Origin: Vibrio alginolyticus NBRC 15630 = ATCC 17749
Lineage (GTDB): Bacteria > Pseudomonadota > Gammaproteobacteria > Enterobacterales > Vibrionaceae
Direction of reading: 5' to 3'
Assembly: GCF_000354175.2 (NCBI RefSeq)
Contig: NC_022349.1
Span: 1,980,001-2,012,000, forward strand
DNA length: 32,000 nucleotides
Made by a program: the position numbers and the translations under genes. How positions within the stretch are numbered: the stretch's first letter is position 1; each line of letters begins with the position of its first letter. Below the pieces are notes generated by a model that was not told the DNA's origin, made no database searches, and saw only the letters and a program-made list of their open reading frames with translations. Positions 1 to 9,233 of the stretch are shown here, one piece after another.

Positions 1-247
1 TTGCGAAATCAGGAATAATACGGTCAACGGGTTTCACCATTAGGTGAACATCGATTGGCGCCGTGATGCCATAATCGCGTAGTGCTTTACACACAGGCGC
101 ACCAAAAGTCAGGTTTGGTACATAGTGGTTATCCATAACGTCGAAATGCACCACATCCGCACCCGCTGCGAGTACTTTTTCTACATCTTCACCGAGACGA
201 GCAAAATCTGCCGATAAAATGGATGGAGCAATAAGAAAATCTTTCAT
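1..247 (-). CDS. rpe: ribulose-phosphate 3-epimerase, N-terminal ~82 codons only (the gene runs off the left edge of the window)
   Basis: Not in the ORF track because it is truncated. The reverse complement starts with ATG at 245-247 and reads [81 protein letters not shown]. This is nearly collinear with the E. coli Rpe N-terminus as I recall it. The dam-rpe synteny is conserved. Confidence 0.9.
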   Translation of the reverse strand, partial: MKDFLIAPSILSADFARLGEDVEKVLAAGADVVHFDVMDNHYVPNLTFGAPVCKALRDYGITAPIDVHLMVKPVDRIIPDFA

Positions 248-339
248 ACCTGACCTCAGTAGTAATGAGCAAACAATCTGCGCGCAATTCTACCGAAGCC
301 AGTGGGGAGATCCACTATTTAGATATAATAGTGTGAGAA

Positions 340-1179
340 TTAAGAGTTTGATTTATCCATGTCTGGGGCATGAAAAAGCGCAAGTAGCTCATCAACTTTA
401 TTACGACCGTTACCATTACGGCTAATGGTACGCTTTACTTTTACCACATTAAGATCCGCACCGTGATACAACCGACGTGTCAAGGTAGTGTCGTGGTTAG
501 AAATCAACACAGGAATGCCACGTTCAGTCGCTGTTCTTTCAGCAATGTCGGCTAATGCAGCTTGGTCGTCCAACGTGAAACCATTACCTGCGTATGAGGT
601 GAAATTTGCCGTATTTGAAAGCGGTGCATAAGGTGGATCGCAATACACGACGCTCCCTTTGCGCGCACGACGAAATGTTTCAGGATAACCTTCACAAACG
701 AACGTAGCTTTTTTGGCTTTTTCTGCAAAAAACTCCAGTTCCGCCTCAGGGAAATACGGCTTTTTGTAAGAGCCAAACGGTACATTGAAGCCACCTTTTT
801 TGTTGTAACGGCATAGGCCATTAAAACCAAAGCGGTTCATATACAAAAACGCTAAAGAGCGGTACATCACGTCATCGGTTTTATTAAATTCAGCGCGAAT
901 GTGTAGGTAGGCTTCTTTGCGGTTGTTCTCAGCGACAAACCAACGCTTCGCTTCAGAGATATACTCTTCAGGGCGTTCTTTCAGCAGGTTGTACAGATTG
1001 ATCAAATCTGGATTGATATCTGCAAGTAGATAATGGTCATAATCGGTATTCAGAAACACTGAGCCCGCACCAACAAAAGGTTCAACTAGCTTTCGAGCCG
1101 GCGGCAAATGACGTTGGATGTCTTCAACCAGTCCGTATTTTCCTCCTGCCCATTTAAGAAAGGCTCGTTGCTTTTTCAT
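340..1179 (-). CDS. dam: DNA adenine methyltransferase (GATC-specific Dam family)
   Basis: 279-aa ORF. It has the N-terminal LKWAGGK motif, the SAM-binding EPFVGAGSVF motif and the catalytic DPPY motif (CDPPYAPL). It sits in the conserved aroK-aroB-damX-dam-rpe cluster. Confidence 0.95.
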   Translation of the reverse strand: MKKQRAFLKWAGGKYGLVEDIQRHLPPARKLVEPFVGAGSVFLNTDYDHYLLADINPDLINLYNLLKERPEEYISEAKRWFVAENNRKEAYLHIRAEFNKTDDVMYRSLAFLYMNRFGFNGLCRYNKKGGFNVPFGSYKKPYFPEAELEFFAEKAKKATFVCEGYPETFRRARKGSVVYCDPPYAPLSNTANFTSYAGNGFTLDDQAALADIAERTATERGIPVLISNHDTTLTRRLYHGADLNVVKVKRTISRNGNGRNKVDELLALFHAPDMDKSNS

Positions 1180-1248
1180 CTACTGCTCTATCTATCGACC
1201 AAAAATTAAGGCTGCGGAATGTAACATATTTTTCAGGGAAGCTCAGGT

Positions 1249-2760
1249 TTATTTCACTCGTTCAATTTCACGGTGAACCTGACGGAGTGATTTTGCCCAA
1301 GGACTCACCGACTTAACCGAATCTGGCAAGCTTGCGACGGCATCACGAGCCATTTGAATTGTAGGATAATCTTGATATGTGATGATATACCACTCGGTGT
1401 CATTACGAACGGTAGGATAAATTCGCACTTGATTATTCAGTTGATGCTCATTGAGAAAGGATTGTACATCTTCCATTGAGGTCATAGCTGCGAGTTGTAA
1501 AGTGTAAGCTCTTGGCGATAGCGCTTTTAGTTCTTCACGAGCAAATGAAAACTTCACAACAGGTTGGTTTGCGTCACCCTCTTCTGACTGAGCAGGTGCT
1601 TGCGTGATATCTTGATTCGGTTTTACGACTTTAATCAAAGGGGAGCTAGTTTCATCGGCGGTTTCTGTCTTCTCAGTACCGACGACATCATCAATCGCTT
1701 TTGTGTCTGCTGAATCAGCTTTACCTTCAAGCAATGCATCGACCACATTCGACTCAATCACCACTCTTTGTTGATTGTCATCACTGCCTACGCTCGCTAC
1801 TTCTTCTGTCACTGCTGGCGGTAATGAATCAGAATCATCAACCGCACCAGACTTATCAAGACTGCTAGAGCCATCGGTTACAGGTTGCAGTGAAGACTGC
1901 GCTGCACTGACTCCTGACTCTTCAAAAGTTGGAATAACCGTTTGCTCTAAACTGCCAGCAATTTGCTGCGCTTTATCATCAGGACTTGGTTGACTAAGCA
2001 TCCACCAATAGCCACCAGCAGCAAGCAACAGTAAGACTAATACCACCAACGCAATATTCAGGGGTGAACCGACAATCGAGCGGATAATGATCCTTTTTTC
2101 CACTTTCATCTCTCCTAACGCCATGATGTCACCCGGTACTGGGTCGACTTTTTTAAATGCATCTCGAACCCGTTTCTCAGACTCATCATCGACGTAGCGC
2201 GCAACAAGTGACTCAAAGAAACGACGAGCTTCCACTTCGGACAACATATCAATATCAAGCTCAACAGGCTTTATCTCTTGTCCATAACTGAGACGTGCTA
2301 GCAAACCTTCTAAACGTCCAGACTGTGTAAACAGTAAGACATTGATGGTCCAATTTGGCTTATGGTGCGCCTCTAAGACCAGCATCCAAAGCTCAGAGAT
2401 AAGTGTCTCACTCAATAAATGCGCATCATCGACAACAATTGCAATGTCACACGGCTCATCACCTAAAAGCCTTTCAAGGCTATCAAGTAAAGGCTCTTGC
2501 TGATTAAACAATGCGTCTGAAACCAGTTGACTCAAAATAAGGACGCGATGCTGCACATCGTCTTGATTAGAATGACAAAGTAACAAACATTGATTCTTGT
2601 TACTGGCACCCACTTCAAGGTATCGCTGCGCTAACCAAGATTTCCCGTACCCATCATGACCATTAATCGCAATGAGATTGGAACCAAAGTTAGTCAGTAG
2701 ACCTAATCTATCAAGCAACTCGATTTGAGAATCTAATTCCAGTACGTGAGCAACACTCAT
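1249..2760 (-). CDS. damX: DamX-like SPOR-domain membrane protein with an N-terminal P-loop NTPase-like module
   Basis: 503-aa ORF with an ATG start. The C-terminal ~80 aa (YTLQLAAMTS...PWAKSLRQV) match the SPOR domain of E. coli DamX. There is a single TM helix (IALVVLVLLLLAAGGYWWML, roughly residues 233-254) and a long acidic, Ser-rich periplasmic linker. The N-terminus carries a Walker A-like motif GHDGYGKS (residues 34-41) and a Walker B-like motif IAIVVDD (residues 106-112). The gene lies between aroB and dam, as damX does in E. coli. Confidence 0.85.
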   Translation of the reverse strand: MSVAHVLELDSQIELLDRLGLLTNFGSNLIAINGHDGYGKSWLAQRYLEVGASNKNQCLLLCHSNQDDVQHRVLILSQLVSDALFNQQEPLLDSLERLLGDEPCDIAIVVDDAHLLSETLISELWMLVLEAHHKPNWTINVLLFTQSGRLEGLLARLSYGQEIKPVELDIDMLSEVEARRFFESLVARYVDDESEKRVRDAFKKVDPVPGDIMALGEMKVEKRIIIRSIVGSPLNIALVVLVLLLLAAGGYWWMLSQPSPDDKAQQIAGSLEQTVIPTFEESGVSAAQSSLQPVTDGSSSLDKSGAVDDSDSLPPAVTEEVASVGSDDNQQRVVIESNVVDALLEGKADSADTKAIDDVVGTEKTETADETSSPLIKVVKPNQDITQAPAQSEEGDANQPVVKFSFAREELKALSPRAYTLQLAAMTSMEDVQSFLNEHQLNNQVRIYPTVRNDTEWYIITYQDYPTIQMARDAVASLPDSVKSVSPWAKSLRQVHREIERVK

Positions 2761-2812
2761 CTAATAACCTTAATACACTACAAGAATGACGCCCAAAGGC
2801 GCCATTACAAGG

Positions 2813-3913
2813 TTAAATATCGCGACCGAAGTCTATTGCCTGTTTGAGTACGTCTTGTGTCGTATCAGCAATTACCTCGGCAGTGCCAATGCCTGTAGGC
2901 AAAACCAATCGTAATTGACCAGAGAGGACTTTCTTATCTCGCATCATGTGCTTGATGAAGTCATCGAAATTCATACTGTCTGGAGTATGCACAGGCAGTT
3001 TTGCACGACGCAAAATCGCAACAATACGCTCAAATTGCTCTTCCGAGATCAGACCACGTAGATGCGACGTTTTGGCCGCCATAACAGTGCCGGAAGATAC
3101 CGCTTCACCATGCAGCCAATTGCCATAGCCAAGTTCCGCTTCAATCGCATGACCAAAGGTGTGACCTAAGTTAAGCAAAGCACGGATGCCCGACTCTTTC
3201 TCATCCTGAGCCACCACTTCCGCTTTTATTTCACAGCAACGTGCGATCGCATAAGTTAGTGCTTCTTCATCCAACGCATACAAGCGCTCAAGATTGTCTT
3301 CTAACCATACAAAAAAATCTGCATCGTAAATAATGCCGTACTTAATGACTTCGGCGATACCCGCAGCGAACTCACGTTCAGGCAACGTCGACAGGCAGTT
3401 GGTATCAATGATCACGGCTTTAGGTTGGTAAAACGCACCTATCATGTTCTTACCCAACGGATGGTTAACCGCGGTTTTTCCACCAACCGAAGAGTCCACT
3501 TGGGATAGTAATGTGGTCGGTATTTGAATAAAGTCGACCCCACGCTGGTAACAGGCAGACGCAAAACCCACAAGGTCGCCAATAACACCACCACCTAACG
3601 CGATGATCACAACATCACGAGCATAACTCCCTTCCAGTAAGAAGTTCATTACTTGATTAAATACATCCAAGTTTTTGTACTGTTCACCATCAGGCAATTC
3701 TAACAAGGATGCACTACAACCGAGCTGCTCGAGTTGCTTTAAAATTTTGTCTGCATACAAAGGCGCCACTGTGACATTACTGATCACAACAACTTTTTGT
3801 TTTGCATTTTTGTTTGAGAGAACTTGAGAGAGGTACGCCGGGTCCTCAAATAACCCGGCGCCAATAGAGATTGGGTAGCTACGCTCAGCTAGGTTGACCG
3901 TAATCCGTTCCAT
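2813..3913 (-). CDS. aroB: 3-dehydroquinate synthase
   Basis: 366-aa ORF collinear with AroB. It has the nucleotide-binding motif [13 protein letters not shown] and metal or active-site motifs in [10 protein letters not shown] and WLHGEAV. It is paired with aroK. Confidence 0.95.
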   Translation of the reverse strand: MERITVNLAERSYPISIGAGLFEDPAYLSQVLSNKNAKQKVVVISNVTVAPLYADKILKQLEQLGCSASLLELPDGEQYKNLDVFNQVMNFLLEGSYARDVVIIALGGGVIGDLVGFASACYQRGVDFIQIPTTLLSQVDSSVGGKTAVNHPLGKNMIGAFYQPKAVIIDTNCLSTLPEREFAAGIAEVIKYGIIYDADFFVWLEDNLERLYALDEEALTYAIARCCEIKAEVVAQDEKESGIRALLNLGHTFGHAIEAELGYGNWLHGEAVSSGTVMAAKTSHLRGLISEEQFERIVAILRRAKLPVHTPDSMNFDDFIKHMMRDKKVLSGQLRLVLPTGIGTAEVIADTTQDVLKQAIDFGRDI

Positions 3914-3945
3914 CGGTTTGCTCCAATTAAAAAAAAGATAAAGAC

Positions 3946-4464
3946 TTATCTCTCTTCTAGCATTTTTACGATCTGGTTGGCTACCACTTTTGCACTTTGA
4001 TCGTCAGTGCGAACAGTGTAATCCGCTACTTCTTCATATAAAGGATTACGTTCTTCAGCTAATTGCTCCAGTACTTCGCGAGGGTTATCCGTTTGAAGTA
4101 AAGGACGCTTCTTGTCGCGGTTTGTACGCGCAAGTTGCTTTTCAATCGTCGTTTCTAAGTAAACAACAACACCACGTGCCGAAAGACGATTGCGGTTTTC
4201 TTTGCTCTTAACAGAGCCACCGCCAGTCGCAAGCACGATGCCTTGCTCTTGTGTTAGGTCTTCAAGTACCGCTTCTTCACGCTTGCGGAAGCCTTCTTCA
4301 CCTTCTACATCAAAAACCCAAGAGATGTCTGCACCAGTGCGTTCTTCGATCACTGTATCGGAGTCAACAAACTCCATATGCAGTTGCTGTGCTAGATGTC
4401 TACCAATTGTACTTTTGCCGGCGCCCATTGGGCCAACAAGGAAAATATTACGTTTCTCAGCCAT
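3946..4464 (-). CDS. aroK: shikimate kinase I
   Basis: [22 protein letters not shown]... is collinear with E. coli AroK (about 173 aa) and carries a P-loop. The ORF-track start at 4506 adds 14 non-conserved residues, so I chose the ATG at 4462-4464 by homology. Confidence 0.93.
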   Translation of the reverse strand: MAEKRNIFLVGPMGAGKSTIGRHLAQQLHMEFVDSDTVIEERTGADISWVFDVEGEEGFRKREEAVLEDLTQEQGIVLATGGGSVKSKENRNRLSARGVVVYLETTIEKQLARTNRDKKRPLLQTDNPREVLEQLAEERNPLYEEVADYTVRTDDQSAKVVANQIVKMLEER

Positions 4465-4542
4465 GTTTAGCAGTAATTTACAACATTGATTCAATAAGAT
4501 CGCCACAAGAAAACACAGCTAAACTGCTGTTCTACAAGGCTT

Positions 4543-4605
4543 GTGGCACCAGTTCCTCACAGATAATTCGTGATAAGACCCGAAATTATCCAAGCATGGT
4601 GCCAC
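4543..4605 (-). other. two-tier stem-loop in the pilQ-aroK intergenic region
   Basis: The outer stem is a perfect 9 bp: GTGGCACCA (4543-4551) with TGGTGCCAC (4597-4605). The inner stem is 9 bp with one bulge: GATAATTCG (4562-4570) with CGAAATTATC (4581-4590). No U-tract follows on either strand. Confidence 0.5.
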
Positions 4606-4651
4606 TATTGCAACTTTATTTTTGATTTAATCAGTTTTTCCCGAGACAGAA

Positions 4652-6397
4652 CTACTGAATCACCACCTTAGGCGTGACGAAAATTAACAGCTCACTTTTG
4701 CCAACATTCTCATAACTTCGACGAAAAAGAGCACCTAATAGCGGCAGGTCGCCCAACAAAGGCACTTTGTCCACCGAGTTAGTAATGCTGTGCTGAAAAA
4801 TACCACCAAGAACGACCGTTTCACCGTTATTCACTAACACTTGCGTCCCGATACGTTGAGTATCAATCGCAACAGCTTCACCAGTGCCTGTCTTCACGAC
4901 TTGTCCTGGTCTATCTTGCGTGACACTTAAATCCAATACTAAGCGGTTATCCGGTGTGATTTGCGGGGTTACCTTCAAACTTAATACCGCCTTTTTGAAC
5001 GTCACCGTCGTTGCACCACTTGATGATGACTCTAGGTAAGGAATCTCTGTACCTTGTTCGATATAGGCAGGTTTCTTATTGGTAGTGATCAAACGTGGGC
5101 TCGAGATAATCTCAGCTTTAGACTCTTGTTGCAGCGCAGAAAGCTCAAGATCCAACAAGGTGTCTGAACCTAACTTTGCGACCTGAAAAGCAATGCTGGT
5201 CGCATTCGGGCTGGTTGCAGCTAAGTTTACATTTAGGAAGTCATCGATCCCTACTCCATCACCGTCACCACCGTCATCACCCCCTTCTCCATTATAGAGA
5301 CCGATCGTGGCGAGGTTGTTCTCAATAGAACCACCCACTGTATTACTGCCATTAATAGACGTAAAACCCCAACGAATCCCTAACTCGTCCATGTTACCTT
5401 CATTGATGGTCACAATACGCGCCTCAATTTGAACCTGTTTAACTGGAATATCCAAAGACTCAATAATTTCTCGAATCACCTCGATGTTTTCAGGTAACTC
5501 TCTAATCAATAACGAGTTAGTTCGCTCATCAATGGTCATACTGCCGCGCTCTGACAGCATGCTGATATTTCCTTCACCATTGATCATCTCCGCAATGTCT
5601 GATGCTTTAGCAAAATTAACTTTGATGATTTCAGATGAAAGCTCTCCCATTTCTTCCGTCAATTTTTGTTTTTCTAACTGCTGCTTCTCACGCAAGTCCA
5701 GCTCATCAGTCGGAGCAACTAAAATCACGTTGCCATCAACACGCTTATCTAACCCCTTAACTTGCAAAATAATATCCAGCACTTGCTGCCAAGGGACACC
5801 ATCAAGACGAAGCGTGAGGTTGCCTTCTACAGAGTCGGAGACAACCAAATTGAATTGGTTGTAATCAGCAATAAGCTGCAAGACGTTTCGCACAGGAATA
5901 TCTTGGAAGTTAATCGAAATAAGCTTACCTTCTCTTTCTAAAATGCTTTTATCTGGGGCTTTCTCATTGGGTTTGATCTTCGCTACTTTGATTTCCAAAA
6001 AACGCCCCGTTAAACGGTAATCATGCATGTATTCTTCATTGATGTGCGCAACCAAGCGCGTCGTCGAGGTGTCGCGAAACACTTCTACGCTCTCAACCAC
6101 AGTCGAAAAGTCTTTCACGTCTAGGAGATACAATTGCTCGTCTTTTACTGAAGTGTTAAGCAAATCGATACTTAACCCTTCCTGTACACGCTTGATATCT
6201 ACAATCGCGGCCGGTGACGCCAATTCGACGACAATCACGGCGTCTTTATCTTTATTAGTTCGAAAGTCGATACTTTTTAGGGCATTGGACGAAACTTCTT
6301 CAGCTGCCGCTAAAGGGGCTAAAAATACAAACAACCATAAGGAGAAGAGCCCAGTAAGTATCCTTGGTGTACGTGTTAATCCTTGTCTCATTTTCAT
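4652..6397 (-). CDS. pilQ: type IV pilus secretin PilQ
   Basis: 581-aa ORF. It has a signal peptide (LFVFLAPLAAA/EE), a beta-rich AMIN-like N-terminal region, and a C-terminal secretin core ending VPLLGDLPLLGALFR...ELLIFVTPKVV. It is the last gene of a pilMNOPQ cluster. An alternative ATG lies 2 codons downstream, at 6391. Confidence 0.93.
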   Translation of the reverse strand: MKMRQGLTRTPRILTGLFSLWLFVFLAPLAAAEEVSSNALKSIDFRTNKDKDAVIVVELASPAAIVDIKRVQEGLSIDLLNTSVKDEQLYLLDVKDFSTVVESVEVFRDTSTTRLVAHINEEYMHDYRLTGRFLEIKVAKIKPNEKAPDKSILEREGKLISINFQDIPVRNVLQLIADYNQFNLVVSDSVEGNLTLRLDGVPWQQVLDIILQVKGLDKRVDGNVILVAPTDELDLREKQQLEKQKLTEEMGELSSEIIKVNFAKASDIAEMINGEGNISMLSERGSMTIDERTNSLLIRELPENIEVIREIIESLDIPVKQVQIEARIVTINEGNMDELGIRWGFTSINGSNTVGGSIENNLATIGLYNGEGGDDGGDGDGVGIDDFLNVNLAATSPNATSIAFQVAKLGSDTLLDLELSALQQESKAEIISSPRLITTNKKPAYIEQGTEIPYLESSSSGATTVTFKKAVLSLKVTPQITPDNRLVLDLSVTQDRPGQVVKTGTGEAVAIDTQRIGTQVLVNNGETVVLGGIFQHSITNSVDKVPLLGDLPLLGALFRRSYENVGKSELLIFVTPKVVIQ

Positions 6398-6422
6398 TAC
6401 TCAATATCAAAAATAAATGGGG

Positions 6423-6938
6423 CTATCTCAAAGCCAACTTAACTTTACGTTTTTGCCAACATCCTAAGCCGTCGGGCAACGTTTCATTAATCAACAAATA
6501 GGAGTGGCTGACATGGGTCACTTTGCCATTATTGCGTCCGAGGTATTGACCCGGCTTAACTTTATAGACGGTGCCATTGGGAGCCTGAACGAGGCCAGAA
6601 ACCGTGTTATCCATGCCCATGACACCTTTCAAACGTAATTGGCTTAATGGGAATTTTTCTAATTTGCCAGTTCGCCTTCTTGAGGGCGGTTGCCAACAAT
6701 CTTTTCTTGCAACTGGCTGAGTCGCGATGGTGGCTTCTTTGGGTAATTCAAAGGGTGCACGCTGTACTTCCGGTGCGTACGTGACTGCAACATACTTGTC
6801 TGCGGGCTTAAGCTTCTCGACCTCTCGACGCGCCTGTGTTTCCACTCCTCGAATAAAATCCGTCAATGATTCATCATTCGCCTGGCAGCCCATCAATAGA
6901 GAACCCATCAGTACCAGCAACAAAGACTTACTTGTCAT
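6423..6938 (-). CDS. pilP: type IV pilus assembly lipoprotein PilP
   Basis: The start was moved to the ATG at 6936-6938. This gives MTSKSLLLVLMGSLLMGC, a lipoprotein signal with an LMGC lipobox. The ORF-track start at 7016 would add 26 residues lying inside pilO. The chosen start overlaps the pilO stop codon (6928-6930) by 11 nt. The call also rests on the position between pilO and pilQ. Confidence 0.85.
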   Translation of the reverse strand: MTSKSLLLVLMGSLLMGCQANDESLTDFIRGVETQARREVEKLKPADKYVAVTYAPEVQRAPFELPKEATIATQPVARKDCWQPPSRRRTGKLEKFPLSQLRLKGVMGMDNTVSGLVQAPNGTVYKVKPGQYLGRNNGKVTHVSHSYLLINETLPDGLGCWQKRKVKLALR

Positions 6939-7521
6939 TTTTCGTCTCCTCCGGCTTAAACTGATAGGTATTAGCACGCACCCGAAAGTGCAGGGTTTCG
7001 CTCTCTTGGCTGACACGTTGCCAAGTCACATCTTTAAACGTGATGATTCGAGGTAGCGTCGCTATTGCCTGAGAAAAATGGCCGATGTCATGAAAGTCGC
7101 CCGTTAACTCTATGTTTAAAGGGAGACGATAAAGGAAGTGCTCTGATTGTTTTTCGCCCCAGTCGATTCGGGTGAAAGTCAGCTTGTTGTCGATGCCAAG
7201 CTCATTCACTGAAGCGAGCATTGTAGCCAGCTCTTTTTGCGCAGGCAGTTGCTGCAGTAATAACTCGTAACGAGTGGTAAGTTCATCCAATTGAGATTGA
7301 AGCTGAGGCAACGCTGCCACTTTGTTCGCTTTGATCTTCAATGCCACCTTGAGTGTCTGCTCCTGCTGAATCAAGTGATTCAACTGTTCGTCTTTCGGTT
7401 TAAGGTAAAACCAATAACCTAAGCCTTGAATCGCCATGATCAGAAGTGCGATTACTACAATCTGGGGCAACAATGGCCACTCGGCCATTTCATCTATTTC
7501 GAGATCCTGCCAATCAACCAC
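6928..7521 (-). CDS. pilO: type IV pilus assembly protein PilO
   Basis: 197-aa ORF with a GTG start (cac at 7519-7521 on the plus strand). It has an N-terminal TM helix (WPLLPQIVVIALLIMAIQGLGYWF) followed by a coiled-coil-like region. It is third in the pilMNOPQ order and overlaps pilN by 8 nt. Confidence 0.85.
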   Translation of the reverse strand: MVDWQDLEIDEMAEWPLLPQIVVIALLIMAIQGLGYWFYLKPKDEQLNHLIQQEQTLKVALKIKANKVAALPQLQSQLDELTTRYELLLQQLPAQKELATMLASVNELGIDNKLTFTRIDWGEKQSEHFLYRLPLNIELTGDFHDIGHFSQAIATLPRIITFKDVTWQRVSQESETLHFRVRANTYQFKPEETKNDK

Positions 7522-8089
7522 GTTGAGCCTCCAATTTCTTCTCCGTTACTTTGAACATGAAAGACACTTTGAATGTTTGAAACTCTTTCCCAAAACGGGC
7601 TTTGCCGTGAACGATGGAATGCATTTCTACGTCGTTCAACTTGGCCGAGCGCTCCATGTTGTCCAGCATCGTGGCAAGTTTTGGAGTGCTATCAGAGATC
7701 CCAGAGATCTCAATTTCCAGATCATTCATTTTGATCTTGTCGACATATACACCTTCAGGGATAACGGCAGGCATTAAGTTCATGAACTCGGTCGTTTTGT
7801 TTCGTCCGTTTTGTAAACCTTCAACGACCTTTAGACGTTCGAGGATTTTGCTGTGCTCTTGCTCTGCAATTTTCATTGCTTCAATACGCTGGTCGAGTTC
7901 GGCAATGTAGTGAGTGAGGTAATCGAGCCGCTCCTGTTGTTGATCTTGTTGGTACTCAAAAAACTTTCCAATACCCCACTGGATGCCAACAGCGACCAAC
8001 ATGCCTAATGCGACCAAACTGATGAAACGACGTCGGTGCTCTTCTCTTTGACTCTCTCGCCAAGGAAGTAAATTAATGCGATAAAGCAC
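7514..8089 (-). CDS. pilN: type IV pilus assembly protein PilN
   Basis: 191-aa ORF with a GTG start (cac at 8087-8089). It has the conserved N-terminal INLLPWRE motif that binds PilM, followed by a TM helix. It overlaps the pilM 3' end by 17 nt. Confidence 0.88.
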   Translation of the reverse strand: MLYRINLLPWRESQREEHRRRFISLVALGMLVAVGIQWGIGKFFEYQQDQQQERLDYLTHYIAELDQRIEAMKIAEQEHSKILERLKVVEGLQNGRNKTTEFMNLMPAVIPEGVYVDKIKMNDLEIEISGISDSTPKLATMLDNMERSAKLNDVEMHSIVHGKARFGKEFQTFKVSFMFKVTEKKLEAQRG

Positions 8090-9089
8090 GGGCGCCTCCT
8101 AGCCAATGAATGCCACGAACGGCCAGTCCGGCTGCTGTTGAGAAATGCTGCCAATCCACAGCACGACGCTTACGCTTAGACACCTTCATCTCAAATAGCC
8201 CTAGCGGATTTAGCAATTCACACTCTAACGACAATTGTTGAGACAACTCCTCTGCGAGCATGGGAGTGGAGGCCCCCTCCCCTGATAACCAGATACCCTT
8301 GATGTTTTGTGAGCCATTGATTGAGGTATAGAGCTGCATCTGGCGCTTTACTCGCTCTATGATTTGACGGTTAAACAGCTCTGTTTTCTCCTGAGCATCA
8401 TCGGACAGAAAATCGACTGGAGAAGCGCTGTTTGCTCCGCGTGTGCCGTAAGCAAACTCTTTGTGAAACAGTTCACCTTGTTCGGTAAACATGGTGAAGG
8501 AGCTCGATAAGGTGCCAATATCGAGTAAGCAGTATTTGTTTTTGTCAGGAAAGCGATCGGCGGTGAGCTTCCAGATATGACCAAGGCTTTGCGAATGCAC
8601 GTCCACTAAAACAGGTTTTAGTCCGGACTTTTGTAATGCATCGACTCGGCCTTCTACCACATCTTTTCTTGTCGCAAACACTTGATAGCTATCACTGCCA
8701 CTCTGCCCGCCCTCAGCGCGAAGACGAACGAAGTCTAAACTCAGCTCTTCGACAGGGAATGGCGATTGATGAGAAAAGGCTTGTATCACTGCAAACTCAA
8801 CTTCACTCTCTTCAAGATTTTGTTCTATTTGCAGTTTCTTGCTAATTACCGAGTTATCAGGAACTGAGATCGCAACTTTTTTAGCGCCAAAAGGCAGTTC
8901 TTTTTTTATCTGCTTGAGGGTCTTTACAATTTCTTGATGATTTATGGTGTTATTTTCAGCGACAATACCTTCCTTTAGTAATATTTCTTTGTAACCCAAC
9001 AGAGCGTAATTGTTGCCTGTGGGTTTAAGTACTACGGCTTTGAGGCTGTTATGGCCTATATCGATGCCGGTAACGATTAGCTTATCCAT
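8073..9089 (-). CDS. pilM: type IV pilus assembly ATPase-fold (actin-like) protein PilM
   Basis: 338-aa ORF. It has the N-terminal GIDIGHNSLKAVVL phosphate-1-like motif of the FtsA/actin-like PilM family. It is the first gene of the cluster and is divergent from mrcA, as in Pseudomonas ponA/pilM. Confidence 0.9.
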   Translation of the reverse strand: MDKLIVTGIDIGHNSLKAVVLKPTGNNYALLGYKEILLKEGIVAENNTINHQEIVKTLKQIKKELPFGAKKVAISVPDNSVISKKLQIEQNLEESEVEFAVIQAFSHQSPFPVEELSLDFVRLRAEGGQSGSDSYQVFATRKDVVEGRVDALQKSGLKPVLVDVHSQSLGHIWKLTADRFPDKNKYCLLDIGTLSSSFTMFTEQGELFHKEFAYGTRGANSASPVDFLSDDAQEKTELFNRQIIERVKRQMQLYTSINGSQNIKGIWLSGEGASTPMLAEELSQQLSLECELLNPLGLFEMKVSKRKRRAVDWQHFSTAAGLAVRGIHWLGGARALSH

Positions 9090-9233
9090 CTCTTACTCTC
9101 GCTCCGAAATTTCTTCGTGCAAAGGTTGTTATTAGCATCCAAATAAGAGTTAATATCTCTTATGTGCTAAATTTTTGACCTAAGAGTACAAGGGTTTGCC
9201 GTTACACAGCCTCAACCAATCAGGGATTCTCCG

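Noticed and set aside
219-425. 68-aa plus-strand ORF spanning the rpe start, the dam-rpe spacer and the dam 3' end
   Set aside because: It overlaps two well-supported minus-strand genes. It has no RBS or recognisable domain, and its composition is typical of an antisense shadow frame.
552-830. 92-aa minus-strand ORF inside dam in an alternative frame
   Set aside because: It lies entirely within the dam coding sequence in a different frame. The dam frame carries all the methyltransferase motifs.
1775-8845. Plus-strand ORFs 1775-1993, 2946-3128, 3990-4211, 4190-4489, 4251-4625, 5484-5864, 6027-6416, 6727-7056, 7436-7777, 7614-7910 and 8636-8845, plus the minus-strand alternative-frame ORF 8357-8584
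   Set aside because: All are antisense to, or out of frame within, damX, aroB, aroK, pilQ, pilP, pilO, pilN or pilM. They are low-complexity Ser/Cys/Leu-rich translations with no motifs. The annotated frames have strong homology support.
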